A DNA stretch of 63,361 nt, the filler included, from Salisapilia sapeloensis CBS 127946 (taxonomy: Eukaryota; Protista; Oomycota): the NCBI GenBank assembly GCA_023334545.1. It is 10 parts of 10 records of this genome, joined end to end, with 100 filler letters (N's around TTAATTAATTAA, not from the genome) between each part and the next. Parts side by side here need not be neighbours in the genome. Positions count along the whole stretch, not along the records: positions 1 to 19,575 come from JAADVB010000308.1; 9 more parts are not named here. One strand, written 5' to 3'. The position numbers were made by a program, and so were the translations under genes. The notes beneath the pieces are model-generated. The model saw only the letters and a program-made list of their open reading frames with translations. It was not told the origin of the DNA and made no database searches. How positions within the stretch are numbered: the stretch's first letter is position 1; every line of letters starts with the position of its first letter. Positions 1 to 11,933 of the stretch are shown one piece after another.

Positions 1-926
1 AAGAGCTGCTAGAGGTTGCGATCTTCGTCAACGACCCGGGGCTTGTACTCGACGCTATTACTGACAAGTCGGAGGATGTTGTTAACGAGATAGTGATCAA
101 GGAGGGGGTAAAGCATGTGCTAGAAAAAGCTCATATTTCTCCAGATGAGTTTGTCGCCAAGTTAGAAGAAGCGAAAACCAGACTGGATGCTGAAAACGAA
201 GAGGGGTCCGACCAAGAAGATGCTGACGAGATTTTTTCACCTGGTGGAAGTGCAGGGGTTTCTCAGTCGGACGCAGCAGATGAGCATCTCATTACCGCGG
301 ATCGAGCAACCGATAACAAAGACCATGTAAACCAAGAGGGTCCTTCCGGAAAGGAGAACGAGCCACCAGAAGACAACGAGAACAGTCAAGATGGTATATC
401 ACCTGAAGACAACAAAATTAATCAAGACGCCACTAAGAGCACTCGCAACGCAACTCGACTATCTATGCTAGATGCTGCCAAGATGATTCAGCAGCAATTG
501 AGAGAAAAGAAGACGAGAGAAGTAGCGAACAATCAAGCAGGAGATAGGAGCTCTCTATCACCAGCACTGGCCTCGAAGCCTAAGTTTGTGGATCTGTCTC
601 GAGTTTGTGAGAAGGAATTTGTAATTCACCCACTCCATTATGCTGTGCATGCTAGTGTAGGTGAAAAGGAAGAGTTCCTGCTCTGGACGAAATCCATCTT
701 AAAGGGTGGATTCAGTATTAATGATACGATGGGTCTCCGAGTGCGTGAAGACCATTTGTTGGAAGAGTGGGAAGAGAAGGAGTGTTCGGCGGTGGTTTTT
801 GCATCATATATGGGTTACGTGGACATTGTCGACTGGTTCATCGACCAAGATGACCTTGAGCACCCGGAGCTAGCCTTTAGCATGCGGTATCGTGCGAGGA
901 ACGTTGCTAAAGTACATGAAATGTGA
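1..926 (+). CDS. ANK-cluster paralogue A, 3' part only (linker plus C-terminal ANK-like domain); 5' part lies before the window
   Basis: Frame open from nt 3 to TGA at 924-926; ELLEVAIFVNDPGLVLDAIT...HPLHYAVH...ECSAVVFASYMGYVDIVDWF aligns with the C-terminal third of 11934-15773. Confidence 0.85.
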   Translation, partial: ELLEVAIFVNDPGLVLDAITDKSEDVVNEIVIKEGVKHVLEKAHISPDEFVAKLEEAKTRLDAENEEGSDQEDADEIFSPGGSAGVSQSDAADEHLITADRATDNKDHVNQEGPSGKENEPPEDNENSQDGISPEDNKINQDATKSTRNATRLSMLDAAKMIQQQLREKKTREVANNQAGDRSSLSPALASKPKFVDLSRVCEKEFVIHPLHYAVHASVGEKEEFLLWTKSILKGGFSINDTMGLRVREDHLLEEWEEKECSAVVFASYMGYVDIVDWFIDQDDLEHPELAFSMRYRARNVAKVHEM

Positions 927-1834
927 GCGATTGGTGGTATGGTTGACGCAGTAATTAAGCTTAGGATAAAACACATATTTGTGAACACTTAGTGATCATG
1001 TGCATTGTTTTTCGACGTGGAGAGCTTATGTATAAGCCTTCTTTTAACGATAACGTCCTCCTAAGGCGGAGCACCTGAACAGGTCACGAAATATAAACTA
1101 GCCATTTTAGTCAACAGGCAATCAAAAGACCTGCTTTATTTTTAAAATCGCAGATGTTGTGCTCTTACATTTACCGAATAGGAGCTTAAAGCATAAAGGT
1201 CGCGTAAGTTTATCTTATTGCCGCTGCCGCTTGGGTCATTTAGCAAATTATGTATCTTTATATGTGTGACGATACCATATTTGTAATTTTTTCTCATTTA
1301 AAATGAACTTTTTGTGACAGATCGCTATATTTATAGTTTAGGACAGTTAATCCAGGATACTACAAAGTAGCCAGTATCTCTTTCTTTGATTCTACAGTAG
1401 CGTCAAGAATACACGAAGAAACCGAAATCCAGGCTCAAAGTAGCAGGTAAATGTAAAATGAAAATTATTACGACTTTATGCCAAAATGTGGAAGCATTGA
1501 CTCGGTACTAAGGAGTAGCCGTTACGAAGAATAAACTCAGAAAAAATAAAAGACCCAAGAACTACCATACAACGCAAAATTATTGCCAGTATGGAAATCG
1601 AAGAGACTATAACAAACTTTGACGAACAACTTTATTAGAGGTCTTTGGACAATTGTACCTGGCCGTATGAATGCACCCCATTTATATGACCTGGATGAGA
1701 AACACGACGGAACAAAAAGACGCAACGAATTGTAAATGAACAATACATAGAACTCTAGTTACATTTAACAATTGTATAAAATGTATGCATCTAGACTTAT
1801 TTCTACTCCTTATCTGCTTCTCAACATATACCAT

Positions 1835-4800
1835 CTATGCTGTTTCTAATATTTCTGCAGCCTCTTCTGCACGACGTCGAGTAGCAAAGGCTGACTCGAT
1901 GACCTTTGAAACGCTTTGAAAAAGAAGCCACTTGACAATATCGACGTACCCCATACAGGACGCAAACATTGCCGCCGAGCACTCCATGTCTTCCCATTCT
2001 TCCACCGAATGGTCTTTCCGTACTCGAACAATCATCGTGTCATGTCTGCTAAAATCTTCCAGGAAGATCGACTCCGCCCATTCGACAAATTTGTCCTTGT
2101 CCACTTCACTGACGTGCACAGCATAGTGGAGTGGATGCACTCGGAGAAGCCTTCTGCAGACCTTTGTGAAGTCCACAAAAGTAGGCACTGCATGGGCAGA
2201 TGATGGCACGAAGCAGTCATGTCGGTCACGACTGCTTTGCATTCGTCTCAATTTCTCTTCATTCTGCTGCTTTATGATCATTTTGACAACATCCGCCATA
2301 GTGAGTCTGTTTGTTTTGTCCCTACACTTGATGTCTTCTGAATCAGCCTCAAAGTAATCTGGAGACACGTCAGTCTTTTCGGAAATATAATCTCGGTCTG
2401 ATATGCTATTGTTATAACTCTCTTGACTTGTGTCATCCGTTTCTTTCTCCTCAAAGACGTCTAAGGACATATTGCTTGAGCTTCCATGCAGCGAATCCAT
2501 CTCGTGAACATCTTTTGCAATAGAGCTCTGCGCACTTTCATAGCCCAACCTCACACTAGCTTCTTGCAACGTAGCTACAAAGTAATCAGGAGAAATAGCA
2601 GCCTTTGCGAGCAGGTGCTTTACTCTATGCTTGACGACCATCTCGTCGACGACCTCCTCGGAATTGTCTGTCATAGCGTCGAGTACTATCCCTAGATTAT
2701 CCATAAACACCACGGCCTCAAGCATTTCTTTCACGACGAGACCTCCGAAGAAGGCGAGAGAGGTACATGTAACTGAGATGGCCAGTCGGATATTTTCATT
2801 CTCCGCTTCTTGCTTCTCCTTCACTTCTAGAGCTACCACGAGTGCATTAAACTTCTCTTGAAGTATCTGTAAGCCACTCCCTGTGAATGTGAGGTGCACA
2901 TCGATCCGATGGATAAAAGCTTTCATCTCATTCACCCATTCCGAGTTCTCCACGTTCACTTTAATTGCTTCCATACGATAGTGTTCCTTCTCGTCTTTCG
3001 TAAGAAACTTTCGCTTCTTAAGTTCGGATATAAGGTTAGCGTACGAGTCTTTTTCAATGTCTTCATACACAAATCGACGATGAATCGGCAAGTCCAAGCA
3101 CTTCATAATAACCTGCTTGTTTGTGTCTGATTGGACATGCTTGACAGCAAAGTTGATGATGAGACTGACATCATGAACGGATGTTAAGAAGAAGAGCATC
3201 GCGTACGCTAGCTCAACTATGTCTGCTGTCGACATATCTTGACTTTCCATAAGCTTCTGGGCGCTCGCCTTATATTGAGTCGTCATGATCTCCAGGATCT
3301 TGTAAGTTGTTTCATCAGAGCGCTGCATTAAAGTGGGTCCGCCCTCATACTTTGCTGCTTGTATCCACTTTTTGTCGTCGATGCAATTGATAATGGCATC
3401 TCTCTTGTTCATTTCCCTCGTCTCAAATGCACAGTACAGCATTTCGACTTTATGATTATGCATGGCTCGAATGATTCTATGCTTTAGTTTGGAAGCTGTT
3501 AGAGAGTAGGCAGCTTCTCTTAGCCTTTCATAGCTAGCTATCATCTCATTCACAGACATCCGAGTGATTCCTTGGCACAAGAGAGGCACTGAGGGACTGC
3601 CGATATTCCTATCATACGGTTCTATTCCATAGAATAGCATTCGTTCCAGTGCAGCTCGATGCTGGAAGACTACAGCTCGATGCATCAACGTCGAAATATC
3701 TGAGAATGTAGCGGTTTGAACCCACTTATTATCGTTGATCCATTTAAAAATCGCATTCCTCTCCGCAGTGTCATCCGTCTCGAATCCATAGTACACCATA
3801 TTGACTTTGTGATCATGCAGGATGCTCGTAAGAACTTGTTTTCACTCGGTGTCTGTCGTACGGGATGTAGACTTTTTGAGCTTATTGTGTCCAGATATCA
3901 TGTGCTTGACGGACTTACTAAGTACCGATCGACGTAAGACGCCTTGCACAGCTCCTTCATCTCTACTCTTTATAGCTTTCCTAAGACTTGTAAATGGCTT
4001 TAGGATGGGTATCAGAATGTCTCCGCCGGCACTATTATCAGAGCAGTACAGTGGTGTTTTACCATCCTTATTCCTCGCACTTGGGTTCGCTCCCCACTCT
4101 GTCAGCCGCTTCGCAGCTTCCCATCGAGCATACTTGGCAGCAGAGTGAAGTGGTGTATCCTTATGCTCATCCAGTTTGTTGATATTCGCACCATGTTTCA
4201 GAAGTAGATTTATGATGTCCACTTGTCCTTTTTGAGCAGCGATATGAAGTGGAGTAGCATGATGCATATTGCAGTAGTTAATATCCGCACCATTCTGTAA
4301 AAGCGCCTTTGCCAGCTCTAGTTGTCCGTTTCTGATAGCAATATAAAGAGGAGTGTTACCATTGCTACCTTCTTTATTCACATCAGCTCCATTTCGCAAC
4401 AACGCAGTCGCCACTTGCACTTGTCCGTCTTTGATAGCAGTATGCAGTGGTGCCACATTGGAGCTATCTGCCATATCAACGTCGGCACCATTTTGGAGTA
4501 GAATATTTGCCATCCTTACTTGGTCATTTCCGGTCGCAATATTTAACGGAGTAGATTGGTTCCCATTCACCTTGTTAACGTCCGCGCCATGTAGTAGCAG
4601 CAGGGTTACCATCTTCACTTGTCCTATATGAACGGCGAGATAAAGTGGGCTAAACTCGAACTTGTTCAGCTTATTCACGTTCAAGCCCTTGCGTATAAGT
4701 AGTGTTGCTGCTTCTATGTGCACATAGTAAGCAGCGTAATGAAGCGCAAAACATCCGTTCTTATTCGATCTCTTAGCATCCGCTCCGTGATGTATCAGCA

Positions 4801-4981
4801 GTTCGATCATACTGACATGTTTCCCTGATGCCGCCACTGATATGGTTGGTGTGTGCTTAACCTCCTCTTCATTCCTCCAATTTACATCAGCTCCCATCTC
4901 AATCAGTTTGCGAGCAGCTTCAATGTCCCCTTCCTCCGCGTACGCCCACAGCCTCTCATTTGTACTTGTGAGTGTAAACAT
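1835..4981 (-). pseudogene. ANK-cluster paralogue B: ~9 ANK repeats plus C-terminal region, interrupted by a single in-frame TGA at 3842-3844
   Basis: ORFs 3842-5035 and 1835-3799 share a frame; ...DTE*KQVLTSILHDHK aligns with D ...TLEWKRTLTSILHDHK; likely ATG at 4981 (MFTLTSTNERLW). Confidence 0.8.
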
Positions 4982-5031
4982 CGGCAGTGATTTAGTATAG
5001 CTTGACCTTTTAGTGATCTGAGACTTGAAAG

Positions 5032-5047
5032 GCAAAATGGAAACTGA
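5032..5047 (-). promoter_or_regulatory. Oomycete INR+FPR-like core promoter of paralogue B
   Basis: Minus strand TCAGTTTCCATTTTGC resembles YCAYTYYNNAWTTYNY, ~50 nt upstream of the ATG at 4981. Confidence 0.5.
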
Positions 5048-5413
5048 AGTCGATGCTTGATGAGATTCAGAGAAGGGAGGTTTCTACTAGTCGAGATTTC
5101 CAGAGTGTATCCGATCCGAAACGATGTGGTGAAGCTACACAATGCGAAAAGAGAAACTGCCTAAAAGAAACTGGCAGGTGGAAAGAAGGATGCACCCGGA
5201 AAACGAGTATGAGGGCTTTTAAAAAGCTCTTATATCGATATGGTTAGCGTGTAAATATCCGAGCACAAATTCGAAGTCAGCGCGTGTAGTCATTAGCTCC
5301 GGAAGCTCCATTCATGTATTTCAAATATATCTGTCCTTATCGGTCTCAACAAGGCACTGCTTTTCTTTTCAGGTGAAGTACATTGACGGCGAGTTAGTTA
5401 CGATATCTAGAGT

Positions 5414-6269
5414 ATGTCCCAACACATGCCAGTCTTATGCCAAAGATACTTCGAACGCCAGTCTGTACACTCGACTCATTTGCGACTGTACATTAAGGCG
5501 AAGCGTGTACACTCGATCTGCGCTTCTATACGGTCAAGTATGCTTCTTTCTACACTTTTCCTCCGAGAATTTGATTTTGTATGTTTTGCAAGAGACGTAT
5601 TCTATACTCGACGCGTCTCTTTAGTCCATACATTTAGCGTTTAAAAAAGTTTTTTCGACACGAATGGTGTATCTAGGCTAGGATATATGGAAATGAGATA
5701 CTGCTTAGATCACAATCTTCGATCCATGTTGCTCAAACAAAATGTTTCTACATTTGACGGTCGATGTATCCTTCTACCGGATAAGGCGGCTACAGGAAAT
5801 GACGTTACTCGAAACCATAAGCTAATACAAGGTATCATCGGTGGAGAACTCAGTAGAATATCGAACTTGTGCCGACCCTTTCTTATTCACATGATTTAGG
5901 CATAGACCCTTAGGTATGCATGGCTTCTCACAATATGCATAGATTGAAAATAAATCCTTTCATGAGAGTGCGTATTTTAGCAGCTCTGTGCCTCTTTCGT
6001 CGATTAAGACTCTAGCTAGAGATGAGCACTTCGTATTAACAACGTAAATCTTCATGATGACGAGCTATATAAACATAGAAAACAATAGTATAAGCGATGT
6101 CTGCGAAGAATTTCTTAACGCCTGCACAAGTCGTAGAGAAGTACTTCGTGGAAATTTACGTCTGTATCGGTTGGATTATTCTTTCCTAGTACAAGATGTC
6201 GCACGTAACTTTAGATATAGCTCCGCCTCATTGAAATTAACTTTTATTCTATCTTCTTTGTTTCCGTAG
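5414..6269 (+). pseudogene. Decayed unknown coding remnant, divergent from paralogue B; homologous to 16820-17420
   Basis: STFDGRCILLPDKAATGNDV...LIQGIIGGEL vs STVDGQGIFPPDKAGTPKDV...LIGGIVGVEL; nucleotide similarity continues on both sides; stops in both copies. Confidence 0.45.
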
Positions 6270-7429
6270 ATAAACGATCCCAGTACCATACGATGTCATT
6301 GCTGTTGTGTGCTCACCATAGGCTACATATTTTATTGAGCTCAAGCATCTTCATGTCATGATTCATTTTTAATTCATTCGGGATGTCTTCATTAATAAAT
6401 ATATATCAATCGGTCGATTACATATGATATGGGTGGTACGAGTTCAAGGTACTAACTTTATCGTAATTGATGTCAGCTTCATGCTTATTTTCCTTATGGA
6501 AGCTTCATGAAGGCAGTCTATTGAAGGCAAAAATTTCAAGACTCCCCTAGAGTCTCTCAAATGGAATTGTTTGTCATCTTTAATTCAATCCCAAATCGAA
6601 TTCGACTCATGATCTAATGGGTCGGTAGATAAAAACGCCTTTACTGATATTTGACTGCATGTTCGGTTCTTACAGCATGCGTTGTTAATCACATTCTAAT
6701 TTGTAAATGGTCAATAAAGAGTCAAAATTGCCAAAGCCTTGCTTCGATTGTGCCTCTACTTCTACTTAGCAGCAATTCAAGCCACCTCCAGAGGTGACTT
6801 GGTATACTTTAAGCATTAAAACGACTCTTCAAACAGCAATTGTCCACGACATCGATACAAAATACAAAAGTACGCAGATGACACTGTCCATTTCGTAGCT
6901 TTGAACGGACTGACAAGTATGTTTGATTCTTCTTAGGCTATGTCATCTGCTTTAGAAAACGCCGAAATATAACCTTTGACTCCCTTACAAGACATATAAT
7001 GCGTAGAAACGAGAGTGACTCAATGAAGATCATGCCACTTCATATCAATTGACAAGAATCCGCTATGGACACTTTACAACATACAGTATTAATACATATT
7101 AGACGGTGCCACATGCGTACTATATCGTACTAATTTCGATTGGTCTATTGGATCGATGTTAGCTTTCTAGCTACCAGGACGGTCAGGTGGATAGAAACAA
7201 AGCCATGTCTGAGTATGATACAATGATAAAAATACTAGATGATTTCCAGGTAGACAGTATGCCGATAGTTTGGGTACTTTGGTTCGCTGCTAAAAAATGA
7301 GCTTAGATGAGCTATGCCGTCCAATACATCTGCGTACACGAGCCTATATAAAATCCTAGACTACTATCGCCATTTAATGCGGAGTATTTGTCTCCATCTC
7401 ATACCGGAACAATCTTTAAAGGCTAGCTC

Positions 7430-7565
7430 TGGGCACTCAAGATCATCCTGGTCGATGAATCAGTCGATACTGTCCACTCAAATCATATAGGACGCAAAAG
7501 CCACTGCCAAACACTCCTTCTCTTCCAGCAAATGATCTTCACCCACTCGAAGGATCATAGTTACG
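7430..7565 (-). pseudogene. Detached remnant of the C-terminal ANK-like domain (probably the end of paralogue C)
   Basis: Minus strand reads TMILRVGEDHLLEEKECLAVAFASYMI*VDSID*FIDQDDL, matching A DTMGLRVREDHLLEEWEEKECSAVVFASYMGYVDIVDWFIDQDDL. Confidence 0.75.
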
Positions 7566-7964
7566 TTTATACTAAATTTTAGGATAAGGAAAAGAGATAG
7601 ACTGGGCTTGCGTTCTCATGTGAACTAACATGCACAGAATACCTAGGAAAACATTTTGAAGATTTCTGTTAAACGCTCGCAGCATGAAGCTATTATGATC
7701 ATTTTACTTTATTTAGTTATCACTATCATATCCTTCTCTTCCTTTGCGTTTAACTCGTTTTGACAGCTTTCACCTAATGAGATCCGTCCACTCTCCATTG
7801 CTCTTATCTTTATCTCTATCGACCATGCTATTTTAGCATGACAAGTTATGCTGATTAACAGCAAAAAAAAGAAAGGAAGTATACTTAATGAAATGAAAAA
7901 GCAGGATATATTCAGCTTTCTCTTCGTCAGTGCATTCCTACCCACACCTCTCTTCCAAAGGACG

Positions 7965-10216
7965 TTATTCCTGAATTGATAGCATCGTAGCCCACTCATC
8001 TGTATGCAAGATGTAAGCAACAAAGAAGGCTAGTAAAGCGAACCTGATCAAGGTCGAGAGCTGCACCCCAGGATTCACGGCTTCATCTCCCAGCTGCCCG
8101 TCTCGACGCAAACGGACCAAAAATCTAGCCCCACCAGCTTTCCCAGTAGATTCGATCTTATCCTCCACCTCTAGTACGGTCTTTGCTTCTTGTAGCTTTG
8201 CCACAATTTCATCCGGAGTGTTATCACCCTTTTCAAGCACACACTTTACCCCTTGCTCCACCACAAGGTTTACAGTCGCAAAGTTCGAAGTCTCTGTGAA
8301 TGCTCCGAGCATAACGTTCGGATCGTTCAAAATGAACGCCCATTTAAAATATTTTTCGATAACAGGACCTCCAAACATATCAAAGGTTGCACTGATGAGC
8401 GTGATGACCAGACGAATGTTTTGGTTCTTCGCTTTCCAGTTTTTCCTCTCGCCTAGGCCTTTCATCAGTGCGTCAAAACTTTTTTGAAGCGTCTTTAACC
8501 CCTTCTCAGTAGCTTTCAGGTGCTCACGAACCCTCTGTCGAGAAGCCTTCAGGCCTCGTACCCAGTCCGAATTTTCTGTGTTCACTTTGATTGCTTCTGA
8601 AATATACACGTGCTTCTCTTTTTGAAAGCAGCCTTCGCTTCCGCAATTCCATTACAAGCTTGATAAAGAGCGTTCTGTTGTTATTGTCATAGACGAAGCG
8701 GCAATGTGCCACCAAGTTTAAGCTTTTATGGACGAATACTCGTATCCGTTTGGGCTGGAAGTGCGCAACAGCTAGCTGTATAGTGGAGCTGACTTGATGC
8801 ATGGATGTCGAGACAGACAGTATCGATACTATCAACTCATCTCTCTCCGATATGGACACGTCCTGGCTCTTGAAGATGTTATAGATGTAATCAGCGTACA
8901 GCAGGTTTATATTTTTCCACGATCTTATATGGAGTTTCCTTCACCACGTACTCTCTTTCGGCGTACTTCGACATCCGCTCGTGATTTTTAATGCTTTCGT
9001 ACCGGTCGAGTCCGTAAGGTAGCATACGCTTCAGTATAGTCCGATGTTGCAAATCTATAGCTCGCTGTATCAACGTCGATCCATCCGAGAACGCCGGCGT
9101 TTGTATCCATTCCTTGTCGTTGATCCACTCGAATATGGCATCTCTCTTTCCAGTACCGTTTGTCTTAAAGGCAAAGTAAAGCATTTCTAATTCTGTGCTC
9201 ATTTATGACACTGCAGAGTGTTTGCTTCCACTCTGCGTCTGTCACGCCTTCTGCAACCTTTTGAATGGTTTCGTAGCTAGTCTTTATCTCGCTCACATCT
9301 CCTTGAGCGATCGACTGACGTAAGACGCCTTGGACAGTCTCTTGGTTTTACTTTTCATCACTTTCGTTACACTTGTAAATGCTTTCAGCAAAATTACCGT
9401 AGTACCCGCATGCGTATTTTATTCGGCAAAGGACATGAGTGTTTTACCCGAACGGTCTTTTGCATTCGGACTCATTCCACATTCAGCCAACAGCTTTGCA
9501 GCTTCGACATGTCCTTCTTGGTCAGCGGAGGGAAGTGGAGTACTACCACGTCCATCTTTTTTATGGACATCCTCACCGTTTTGTAGTAGCAACTTTACCA
9601 TCTCTATGCGTCCTCCCTCAGCAGCGATGTAGGGTAGGGTCGATCTCCTTTCATTCTCTTTGCTGCAATCTGCATCACTTTGCAAGAGTGCATCTGCCAC
9701 ATCCACATGTCCTTTCAATGCAGCACCATGTAGTGGAGTCCACGCTCTGTCCGTTTGTGCGCTCGGGTCCGCACCGTATGTCAGCATCAATTTCAGAATA
9801 TCCACTCGTCCATACTTGGCAGCGATGTAGAGTGGGGTAGATCCACCCTCATTATCCTCATCAGAACCTGTATCACATTCTATAAGTGCACCCGCCGCGT
9901 TCAACTGTTGGCTAATCAAAGCGCTATGAAGTGGAGCCCAATCCGTGTCAGTTGGTGCATTGGGGTCTGCGCCGTGTTCTAGCATCAGCTTTACAGTCTC
10001 CACTTGTCCATGCTTGGCAGCGACGTGAAGAGGAGTTTCATCAAGAGCAGTGCTCGCCATTACACTTGCAGAGTAGTCTAATAGCATTTTTGCTGTTTTC
10101 GTCGATCCACGCTCGGCAGCAACATGGAGTGTAGTCCAGTACCTGGGGACACCTTGTACATCTCCTTCCTCTGCACACTTCCATAGGTATTTATTCGTAG
10201 TGCGAAAAAAGGCCAT
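7965..10216 (-). pseudogene. ANK-cluster paralogue C, fragmented by stops and frameshifts
   Basis: Collinear fragments 9419-10216 (~7 ANK), 8891-9202, 8524-8859 and 7965-8609 each align with successive parts of D. Confidence 0.85.
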
Positions 10217-10267
10217 TGATAGTCGTTGCTATAGAGCGCAGTCTTGAGTTGAGTTGAGGCTTGGAAA

Positions 10268-10282
10268 GCAATTTGGAAGTGA
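10268..10282 (-). promoter_or_regulatory. INR+FPR-like core promoter of paralogue C
   Basis: Minus strand TCACTTCCAAATTGC ~50 nt upstream of the ATG at 10216. Confidence 0.4.
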
Positions 10283-10786
10283 AGCACCATGTTTGGTAGT
10301 AGTCAGCAAAGTGGAGGGTATATACCCTGAAATTATGCGATACAAGAGTACAATCTATCGAAATCAACCCATTTTGCTTACTTAAGACTTTCGAAAGAGC
10401 ATAAAGTGTACTTAAAGAGCCAAAATGTGTCCCGACGATGTTTTATCACAGCCATAGTGTTTACTATAATCTTTGGCTCGATAGATGATAAAGTTGGATA
10501 TATTTATAAGCATCTACGCGTGGCTACCATCTCCAAGGATATTTTCTCGCGACTTTGCTCATCTGGACTTTTCTAAATCCAGCGCAGCCTTTCAGTTCAC
10601 TTGTGTACGTATTGCAAGAGTTTCTTTCCGTGGTTTTATGCAGCTACAAAATGGTGTAATTCGAAAATGCGACCTTTTGCTAGCTTAAATTATTCAAGAG
10701 CACGTGAGAATGTGTTAATTAGTATGCGTTGCTTCATGCGTAGCCACTTCAAAAGACGTTTCTTAGGTGCTAATAACTTTATAAAA

Positions 10787-11002
10787 ATGAATATATTCGG
10801 AGCGTACCACCTCTCGGATGCCTATATCTACCTTCCCAACGGCTCGAATGTATATCAGAGTGATATACAGATAAACAAACTCGCCGATTACAATGTTAAT
10901 ATTAATGGTGTCAAAGTGTATAGAATGAATATACAAAATATTAACGGTGCTCACTTAACGTGGTCTGAAACCCTCCACATGCTACAGCGGCGTATTCCGT
11001 GA
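10787..11002 (+). CDS. Possible small Asn-rich orphan protein (71 aa)
   Basis: ATG preceded by AAAA; MNIFGAYHLSDAYIYLPNGSNVYQSDIQINKLADYNVNINGVKVYRMNIQNING looks protein-like; no family recognised. Confidence 0.3.
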   Translation: MNIFGAYHLSDAYIYLPNGSNVYQSDIQINKLADYNVNINGVKVYRMNIQNINGAHLTWSETLHMLQRRIP

Positions 11003-11933
11003 AGAACCTTTTTAATAGTGACTGTAAGAGTTTTATTACTCAAAGGCGGTGCAAAAAGTCTCGTCATCACCTTTCAAATGCACAAAGCCTTGCTTTATCC
11101 TTTCTCTTTCTTGTTACATCGAGCGCAGATAGCTGACGAAACCCCTAAATACAAGTCTGTTTTTGTTATAGACTGGCTTGGTAGACTGGCAGGTGAGTAG
11201 CGTGCGTTCGATCGGGCTTTAGATACCATAGGTAGCTCGAAGTGCGCATCATTTCAAGATAAAATTGTAGAGTTAGTGAATGGCTTGCAAGTCGGAGCAT
11301 AAAACTAGTCGAAAGTGTGAATGTTAAGTAGTAATGATTTATTTATCCTCTAGTAGGATGGCATTACGATGATATCTTGGACGTTCAGCCCTTTTCCATA
11401 GACTGCTTGAGCAATTTTGCAAAACTGGTATGTATTTTGTGTGACGGTACCATGTGCGTAAGATAGCATGCTCACCACAGCTGGCTATTATCAAAGATCT
11501 GTCGTGTCATCCGTATCGATGTGGTCCGACCTATCTAGGAGAAAGGAACACGATTACAAGTACAAAATAAGGATAAATATATAGAGATCACATATAGTGA
11601 GAATATATGTCGATTGTGTCGAAGTGGAGACTAGTTGCTGATATTTATGCTTAACGAGCACTAAAAAGCAGGACCTATGTGTCCACAAGCACTAGAACCT
11701 GCTAGGCTACTGTCACAATCGTATGCAATATTTTGGCAGGAAATTGCAGATTGAGGAAGTTGCTTTTAATTTTGGGTCAATGTACCTGCTTCATAGAATT
11801 AGCATACCGAAACAAGGAGCTACACAGTTTCAGTCAGAACATCCTCTAACATCGTAAGTATTCATTGAACGTTTAAAACTATTGTATGCTTCAACCTATA
11901 TTAGGCTCTTACACGAACGGTATATTGCTACGA

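Noticed and set aside
3842-3844. Genome-wide UGA=Trp code or selenocysteine recoding
   Set aside because: TGA is a normal stop elsewhere (924-926, 24981-24983), TGG encodes Trp throughout, and paralogues have Trp rather than Cys at this site
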